Source of the DNA: an uncultured archaeon
Lineage (GTDB): Archaea > Asgardarchaeota > Thorarchaeia > Thorarchaeales > CAZPUN01
Length of the DNA: 32,000 nucleotides
Direction: 5' to 3'
NCBI GenBank assembly: GCA_964589775.1
Contig: CAZPUN010000037.1
Span: forward strand, 1-32,000
The notes below the pieces were generated by a model, which saw only the letters and a list, made by a program, of their open reading frames with translations, ran no database searches and was not told where the DNA came from. Below, piece after piece: positions 25,669 to 32,000 of the stretch (positions are counted from its first letter, which is position 1; the number at the start of each line of letters is the position of its first letter). The position numbers were made by a program, and so were the translations under genes.

Positions 25669-26802
25669 TTACAATGGTTCTAGCTCGTGTTCTTTAAATG
25701 TACTTAGAGGGACTGGCTCATCTAAGCTACGACCGGCGACATAGTCAAACACATTCTGTACATTGAATGCAACTGTCTTAAATATACGGCCAATTGGAAT
25801 ATCCGATGGACATGCTTGTTCACACATACCGCAACTGACACATGATGTTGCCATGTGTGCCATTCTGCCAATATGGAACAGGAATCGATCAGTAGGCATT
25901 GTCATTGCATCTCTTGCATCGAGCCACATATCGAATGTTCTGCCTTCGTATTCAACAGCTGATGATTCAAAGAAACATTCTTTACAGAAACAAATAGGAC
26001 ATGCAGTCTTACAGTTATGGCAGTTGATACATGATGCAAACGTCTTTGATAATCCTTCGACTCCAGCAATGGATTTATTGAATTCATCGAAATACTCATC
26101 TCGAACCTTTGTTCTACGGTCTATCCACTCAGTCACCGCGTCCTCTCGGCCCACAGGGGGCTTTTCTTCTATTTGTATTTCCATCGCACCTAGCAGCGAT
26201 AGTCCCTTCTCAGTAGTCACTTTAAGGAGGACTTCCTTATTGAAGTCCAAGCCAATTAATCCTAATACAAAATCAGTATTTAAAGGCTCAGGATATTCAC
26301 ACATTTTACATATTTCGCGTGAATTTTGTATATTTTGTCCCGATGAAAATGCGTCAAAAACCCACGAGGACGTGTCTGTACCACCCTTAATAAGCGCTTT
26401 ATACGTAGAAATATTGATTGTTCCAGGGCAATCAACGCCAAAAAATATCAAATTTTCAGGGTTTATTTGCTTTAATTTAATTAATTCAATCGTAGCACGC
26501 ATTTCGCATGGTTTTAGAACAACCGCAATTTTCTTAGATGGGGCGCCATTCCTTGTTAAATTCTTGAGTAACGTTGCACTATTTACAGCCATAACTGGAC
26601 TGAATGCATTAGCATTCTCAAGTTCTTTAGGATTCGTAATTAGGCGCTGCATGTAAGAGGTTTTATCAAGTGTTTCTACTGGGATCATAACTGCATCTAC
26701 AATTTTCTTCTCAAGAAGAGATTTGAAAAATGCATTCACTGAAGTTCTAGGGTTGCTATCGGTTACTGGTATCTTTGCATATTTTGTCAACTTATTCACC
26801 AC
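25669..26802 (-). CDS. FdhB/FrhB-like (FlxC-like) Fe-S subunit
   Basis: LKPCEMRA, GVDCPG, REICKMC, CINCHNCKTACPICFCKEC, CVSCGMCEQACP. Confidence 0.85.
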   Translation of the reverse strand: MVNKLTKYAKIPVTDSNPRTSVNAFFKSLLEKKIVDAVMIPVETLDKTSYMQRLITNPKELENANAFSPVMAVNSATLLKNLTRNGAPSKKIAVVLKPCEMRATIELIKLKQINPENLIFFGVDCPGTINISTYKALIKGGTDTSSWVFDAFSSGQNIQNSREICKMCEYPEPLNTDFVLGLIGLDFNKEVLLKVTTEKGLSLLGAMEIQIEEKPPVGREDAVTEWIDRRTKVRDEYFDEFNKSIAGVEGLSKTFASCINCHNCKTACPICFCKECFFESSAVEYEGRTFDMWLDARDAMTMPTDRFLFHIGRMAHMATSCVSCGMCEQACPSDIPIGRIFKTVAFNVQNVFDYVAGRSLDEPVPLSTFKEHELEPL

Positions 26803-26803
26803 C

Positions 26804-27226
26804 CTAAATCGTACCTAGCTTTTTAATTTCGCTTGGACCTAATTGCTTCAATTCTTCAGTAAATTCGGTTACTACATCTGCAAATCGCTTTCCTTCACTT
26901 GCAGAAATCCATTCAAGCCTAACGCGCTTTTCATTTAGCCCAAGTGTTTTTAGAATTGATTTTACTATCGCAACTCTACGGCGAGCTTTATAGTTTCCAG
27001 AAACATAGTGGCAATCGCCAGGATGACAACCTCCAATCATTACACCATCAGCGCCTTCTAATAGTGCTCTAATGATGTAAGAGGTGTCTACGGAACCACT
27101 ACACATAACACGAATAGGTCTAATATTAGGTGGATAGTGAATTCGAGATGTACCCGCAAGATCTGCTGCAGATGAAGTACACCAATTACAGAAGAATCCA
27201 ACAATTTTTGGTTCAAATTCGCTCAT
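26804..27226 (-). CDS. mvhD: MvhD/FlpD 2Fe-2S subunit
   Basis: FEPKIVGFFCNWC, RVMCSG, GGCHPGDCHY, WISASEG. Confidence 0.95.
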   Translation of the reverse strand: MSEFEPKIVGFFCNWCTSSAADLAGTSRIHYPPNIRPIRVMCSGSVDTSYIIRALLEGADGVMIGGCHPGDCHYVSGNYKARRRVAIVKSILKTLGLNEKRVRLEWISASEGKRFADVVTEFTEELKQLGPSEIKKLGTI

Positions 27227-27250
27227 TATGGATATTCCTCCAGTTAATTA

Positions 27251-30200
27251 TCATGATTCTTTATTATTATTAGTTGAACCCCAAATGAGTGAATCAATAG
27301 CTGCGAACATTTGTGGTTCAGTAAATAATCGTAATTTAGCAGCTCCGCTGGGGCATGCAGCCGCACATGCACCACAGCCATCACATATAGTTTCACGTAC
27401 AACTGAGACTTTACGCTCAGGATCAATAAAGCGCGCATCATAAGGACACGCATCAACACATAATGCACAACCAGAACAGAAACGTTCAATTGTATATGCG
27501 ATTAGTCTTCCAGAAGGTGCTTGAACTTTCTTCTTTGATACAATGAATAATGCACTTTGGGCTGCGGAGTCAGCCAAACGTATAGTGTCTTCAACTGTCC
27601 GAGGCGAATAGGAAAGCCCAGCAACAAATACCCCATGTGTTCCAAGATCATATGGTCTGAATTGAATGTTTATGAATTCATATGGATCATCAGGCGTATC
27701 GAAAAAGCCTTCAGGGTCCAGATATGTTTCAAACTTTGTTGCAAGCTCTTTACTTACGGAAATGTCTGGGAGGACCGATGTGGCAATCAGTAAGGTATTT
27801 ACTGTAAGTTCTTGTTGCTTTCCAGAGTAGAAGTCTGTTAAAGATATTGTTACATTGGAACCATCTGAATTTATTTTTACACCGTAATCAGGATCAATTT
27901 TCATGAATTTAACACCCATATCCAGAGCTTTTCGATAATATTTATCAAATAGTCCATATGAAATAGTCTTGTTATAAATTACAAAGACATCCTGCTCTGG
28001 ATTTTGTTCTTTGACATGTATTGCACTACGTAGCATGTGTGGCGTGCATAATCGAGCGTTTGATACATAGTTTGGTTTTCTAATGCATTCATCATTTATA
28101 ATCACAATAGAACCAAGTTTCTTCGAATATGATTTATCTTCACGTATATGTTTATCAAAATCTAAAAGGCTGATGATATTCTGATCATTGATTAGATCAA
28201 GTGATTTTGGCTTTGCACCAATTGCGATTATTACTACACCGTATTTTATGGTAACTCTCTTATCGCCTTCATCAGTCTTAATTAATAGATTTGATTGAAA
28301 TCTTCCAGCCCATCCGGTGACATCTAATACAGATGCATTAAGATATATGGAAACACGCTCATGAGTAGATATTTTATTTACTAAGTTTTTAGTGTATTCA
28401 GATATTTTTACATCATCTAATTCCAAAGATATTTCACTAGCAGTCCCACCAAGATGGTCTGAAGATTCAACCAGAATTACCTCATAACCACGATCTGCGA
28501 GAATTTCAGCAGACCTAAGTCCAGCTAAACCGCCACCAATAATGAGAACATGCTTATCGTATTCTTCAGTAGGGATGCCATATGGCTCAGAATGAATTGC
28601 TTTTTCAATGGCAAATCTTGTCAAATCTATAGCTTTTTGTGTTGCCGCATCTTTATCATCATGAACCCATGCGACAAATTCGCGTATCTGAACAAGTTCG
28701 CTTAATGCAGGATTTAGACCACCTTGTGCAACAACTTGTTGTAATTTACGACCTTTTGCGTTTATACCACAACCAGCTAGAATTACACGATTAATTGAAG
28801 GATCTGCAGATACTTGTTTTACTTTCGCAATGCCATCTTTGAGACATAGATAATCAACAAATTCAACTTTTGAAACACTATAGACAGAAGATAATGCATC
28901 TTTCACTCTATCATAATCAATTGTTTTATCGAATTGGCCTCCACATTTACAGAATAAGACTGCTGTACTAGGTTCTTCAAATTCAACATTACGGAATTTT
29001 GGTTGTGGCTTAGGTTTGACATATTTTGAACTTAGATTCGAAATAACGTGAGGAATTACAGCAGTACCATCATAAATCGATTCAGAATCGCCCAAAGGAC
29101 GCACGAATTCACCTATTGCAAAAATACCATCACGTGTAGTAGCACCGGAACTTAGAGGGCGTACTTTGCAGAATCCAGTTTCGTCCAATTCAATTCCAAA
29201 TCGTTTAGCCAATTCATTCCAATTAGGGTCAGGTTTTTGACCGGGAGATATTACTAAAAGGTTTACAGAGAGTGATTTTGGTTCGCCATGATCAACATAT
29301 TCTATTAAAATATCATCATTTGATTTGGAAACATCAAGCTTATTCGTTTCAATAATTTTTATTCCGTTATTCTGCGCACGCTCATAGTAAGCGATGTGCC
29401 CCTTACCATATATGCGCAGATCTTTTACAAAAACATATACGTCAATTTCAGGATTTAATTTCTTTATTTGCATTGCTTCTTCAAGAACTAACATATCAGA
29501 ACTATAAGAAGCAACTTCAGTATCTGAAAAGCCAACTGTTGAAATTAATCCGACTGATCCGGGAATTTTACCATCAGATGGACGAGATAAAGATTCCAAC
29601 TGAGGCCCCGTACCCATATACCAAAGCTCAAGCTCAGAACTTTTTATGACATTTGGATGAGACCCGTATAGGAATTTAGGCAACATTTCATCGGATTCAT
29701 GATATTCTGGACCAAGAACGATCGCACCAACATTTAGTGTTTCCTCAACTTCCTTAGGTTCGAGATTTATTGCATTGGTTGGACATACGTTTACGCATTC
29801 GCCACATTTCGTGCAATTGTCAAAATCCACATAATAATCAATAGGAGTAACAGGTCGCAATACGGCAACCATAGCCTTCCTTTCAATGGCTCTACCACGT
29901 ATATCTTGATCAGTTACAGAAATAGGACATACATCCAAACATTTGTTACAGCCAATACAAAGGTTGGGATCTACAGATTGCTCAGTTCTTTTGATTTTTA
30001 CTTGGAAATTACCAGCTTCGCCAGTTACGGAAATAACATCGGCTTGATTGATAAGTTCAACATGTGGAATCTTGTTGATTACAAATCTTAAACAAGTATT
30101 ACAGATCGCACGAGGATGTTGTAAGCCTAATTGAGACGGAATCTCACCAAGAAACTTTCCTTTATTTATAATGAGTGCGCGATATCCAGATTTTCCAAGA

Positions 30201-30265
30201 TTCGCTGCTGCTCTCTGGGCTGCAACATTAGTTCCATATACGAGTACCGTATCCATATTGCTCAT
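27251..30265 (-). CDS. Large divergent HdrA-like protein (two tandem HdrA flavin modules)
   Basis: Two HdrA-like repeats with inserted and terminal ferredoxin motifs, internal CKCG...LC...AGC cluster, GLNP...IRE, GGGLAG. The first Rossmann motif is degenerate. Confidence 0.85.
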   Translation of the reverse strand: MSNMDTVLVYGTNVAAQRAAANLGKSGYRALIINKGKFLGEIPSQLGLQHPRAICNTCLRFVINKIPHVELINQADVISVTGEAGNFQVKIKRTEQSVDPNLCIGCNKCLDVCPISVTDQDIRGRAIERKAMVAVLRPVTPIDYYVDFDNCTKCGECVNVCPTNAINLEPKEVEETLNVGAIVLGPEYHESDEMLPKFLYGSHPNVIKSSELELWYMGTGPQLESLSRPSDGKIPGSVGLISTVGFSDTEVASYSSDMLVLEEAMQIKKLNPEIDVYVFVKDLRIYGKGHIAYYERAQNNGIKIIETNKLDVSKSNDDILIEYVDHGEPKSLSVNLLVISPGQKPDPNWNELAKRFGIELDETGFCKVRPLSSGATTRDGIFAIGEFVRPLGDSESIYDGTAVIPHVISNLSSKYVKPKPQPKFRNVEFEEPSTAVLFCKCGGQFDKTIDYDRVKDALSSVYSVSKVEFVDYLCLKDGIAKVKQVSADPSINRVILAGCGINAKGRKLQQVVAQGGLNPALSELVQIREFVAWVHDDKDAATQKAIDLTRFAIEKAIHSEPYGIPTEEYDKHVLIIGGGLAGLRSAEILADRGYEVILVESSDHLGGTASEISLELDDVKISEYTKNLVNKISTHERVSIYLNASVLDVTGWAGRFQSNLLIKTDEGDKRVTIKYGVVIIAIGAKPKSLDLINDQNIISLLDFDKHIREDKSYSKKLGSIVIINDECIRKPNYVSNARLCTPHMLRSAIHVKEQNPEQDVFVIYNKTISYGLFDKYYRKALDMGVKFMKIDPDYGVKINSDGSNVTISLTDFYSGKQQELTVNTLLIATSVLPDISVSKELATKFETYLDPEGFFDTPDDPYEFINIQFRPYDLGTHGVFVAGLSYSPRTVEDTIRLADSAAQSALFIVSKKKVQAPSGRLIAYTIERFCSGCALCVDACPYDARFIDPERKVSVVRETICDGCGACAAACPSGAAKLRLFTEPQMFAAIDSLIWGSTNNNKES

Positions 30266-30277
30266 TTTTGTACCTCC

Positions 30278-31999
30278 TTAATAGTCCCTCGCAAGAATTT
30301 CCACCATATCGAGAATTTGGTCCTTTCTGAAGTTTTGTACTTGTGCCGCACCTGAAGGACATGCAGCAGAACATGCAGCACACCCTTCACAAAGGGTTTC
30401 ATTAACTTCTGCTTTCTTAGTTTTTGGATTCACTTTTATTGCGCCATAAGCACATGCGGCTTCACAAAAACCACAGCCTGCGCAAATAGTATGATCAACG
30501 GTTGCAACAATTGGTTCATGCTCAATTTGCTCCTTTGAGAACAATGCCAATACCTTTCCAGCAGCACCACTAGCTTGTGAAACAGTATCAGTAATATCCT
30601 TTGGAAATTGAGCTACTCCTGCTATGTAAATACCGGGCGTCATTGTTTCTAAAGGTCTAAGCTTAAGATGAGCCTCCTTTAACCAGCCATATTCATCAGT
30701 TGTAATTCTTAACTTGGAAGCTAGCTCTCTGATACCCGCACTTGGGAGCATCGCAGGAGCCAATACAACTAGATCTGCATCAACCTCAATGCTACGACCA
30801 GTTAATGTATCTGAGCCATATACTTTTACGACACCGTTTTCCTCAATCACTTTAGAAACTTTACCTCGAAGATACAATACACGGTCTTCTTCCATGACAC
30901 GTTGCACAAATTCTTCGTATCCCTTACCATTAGAACGTATATCTATGTAGAAAACATAGGCCTGCCCATCAGGCACAGCATGCTTGTATAATAAAGCTTG
31001 TTTTGCAACATACATACAACAGATACGAGAACAATATGCTACACCTAGATTTGGATCTCTAGATCCAGCACATTGAATAAATACAACATCTTTTGGAACC
31101 TTTTTATCAGATGGTCTAAGAACTTCACCACCAGTTGGTCCAGATGCTGCCAATAATCGTTCGAATTGTATTGCATCAATTACGTCAGGATATTCTCCGC
31201 CACCATACTCTTTAAAGTGCTCCATAGGCATTAAGTCAAATCCAGTAGCTACAATAATTGCACCTACTTTGACATCAATATATTCATCAGTCTGGTCAAA
31301 ATTAATTGCTTTAGGTTCGCATTTTCTCATACATACCTTACACTTAAGACAATTTTCCATATCAATGGTATATACACTTGGTACGGCTTGATCAAATGGA
31401 CGATATATTGCTTTACGAATACTCAAATTACGATCAAATTCATTTGGAACTTTCTTCGGACAGATCTTTGCACATTCACCGCAGCCAAGACATTTATCAT
31501 AATCAACATATGATGCTTTCTTCTTTATTGTAACATCAAAATTGCCCACAAATCCATTAACTTCTTCAACTTCAGAGTATGTATAAAGATGTATATTGGG
31601 GTGCTGGCTCACAGCAGTCATTTTGGGAGTCATTATACATTGCGGACAATCAAGTGTTGGAAACGTTTCAGATAATTGTGCCATTCTACCGCCAATAGTA
31701 GGACTCTTTTCAACTAAATAGACTTCATATCCACCATCAGCAATATCTAAGGCGGCTTGCATACCTGCAATACCACCACCAATGACAAGTGCTTTACGAG
31801 TCAATGGTACCTTTAATGGAAGTAAAGATGCATTCGATTTTAGCCGCTCAATGGTGGCTTGAATGATCCTAATAGCTTTTTTAGTTGCAGTCTCGGGCTC
31901 ATGTTCATGTGGCCATGAAACTTGTTCACGAATATTTGCAATTTCAACACGATAAGGATTCAAACCAGCTGCAGCCGCAGCATTGCGAAATGTCTTTTC
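30278..31999 (-). CDS. hdrA: Heterodisulfide reductase subunit A (5' part outside window)
   Basis: Frame open to the window edge (EKTFRNAAAAAGLNPY); GGGIAG, TFPTLDCPQC, IQCAGSRD, YCSRICCMY, ferredoxin motifs. Confidence 0.95.
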   Translation of the reverse strand, partial: EKTFRNAAAAAGLNPYRVEIANIREQVSWPHEHEPETATKKAIRIIQATIERLKSNASLLPLKVPLTRKALVIGGGIAGMQAALDIADGGYEVYLVEKSPTIGGRMAQLSETFPTLDCPQCIMTPKMTAVSQHPNIHLYTYSEVEEVNGFVGNFDVTIKKKASYVDYDKCLGCGECAKICPKKVPNEFDRNLSIRKAIYRPFDQAVPSVYTIDMENCLKCKVCMRKCEPKAINFDQTDEYIDVKVGAIIVATGFDLMPMEHFKEYGGGEYPDVIDAIQFERLLAASGPTGGEVLRPSDKKVPKDVVFIQCAGSRDPNLGVAYCSRICCMYVAKQALLYKHAVPDGQAYVFYIDIRSNGKGYEEFVQRVMEEDRVLYLRGKVSKVIEENGVVKVYGSDTLTGRSIEVDADLVVLAPAMLPSAGIRELASKLRITTDEYGWLKEAHLKLRPLETMTPGIYIAGVAQFPKDITDTVSQASGAAGKVLALFSKEQIEHEPIVATVDHTICAGCGFCEAACAYGAIKVNPKTKKAEVNETLCEGCAACSAACPSGAAQVQNFRKDQILDMVEILARDY

Positions 32000-32000
32000 A

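Noticed and set aside
25763-26656. 297-aa plus-strand ORF and other short antisense ORFs (e.g. 325-669, 8105-8599, 10422-10943, 11163-11456)
   Set aside because: They overlap well-supported opposite-strand genes and have no protein-like motifs.
30278-32000. Methanogenesis inferred from hdrA/mvhD and methanogen-type SerRS
   Set aside because: These genes are widespread in non-methanogenic anaerobes, and no mcr or mtr genes are in the window.
1-32000. CRISPR arrays, transposases, integrases, rRNA
   Set aside because: No spaced repeat array or recognisable motifs were seen by eye.

Overview
AT-rich, gene-dense archaeal chromosomal segment, most likely Asgard. The basis is two Rab-like GTPases carrying RabF-type motifs, a longin-small GTPase fusion, archaeal eS17, Cdc48, a Phr-type regulator and methanogen-type SerRS. 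In order, the window holds: a 5'-truncated Ig-like/linker/Rab fusion; rps17e (missed by the ORF track, apparent CTG start); a DHH phosphoesterase; a longin-Arf-like GTPase; an 886-aa Wzx/MOP-type flippase fused to an extracytoplasmic domain; a hsp20-cdc48-phr heat-shock cluster with a visible triple operator-like repeat; a small coiled-coil/Pro-rich/WH2-or-VASP-FAB-like protein; a glmM-like mutase; a GC-rich multi-hairpin intergenic ncRNA candidate; a second Rab; a wecC-like dehydrogenase; SerRS; several hypotheticals; a surface-anchored prenyltransferase-repeat protein; trxB; and a hdrA-hdrA'-mvhD-fdhB-like-sdhB-like-sdhA-like redox operon running off the right edge. I saw no CRISPR array, tRNA, rRNA or mobile element. 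The top leads are the candidate actin-regulatory protein (11036-11440), the Ig-linker-Rab fusion, the structured RNA (13129-13306) and the soluble Hdr-linked fumarate reductase-like operon. All family calls are by-eye motif recognition, and no database search was run.
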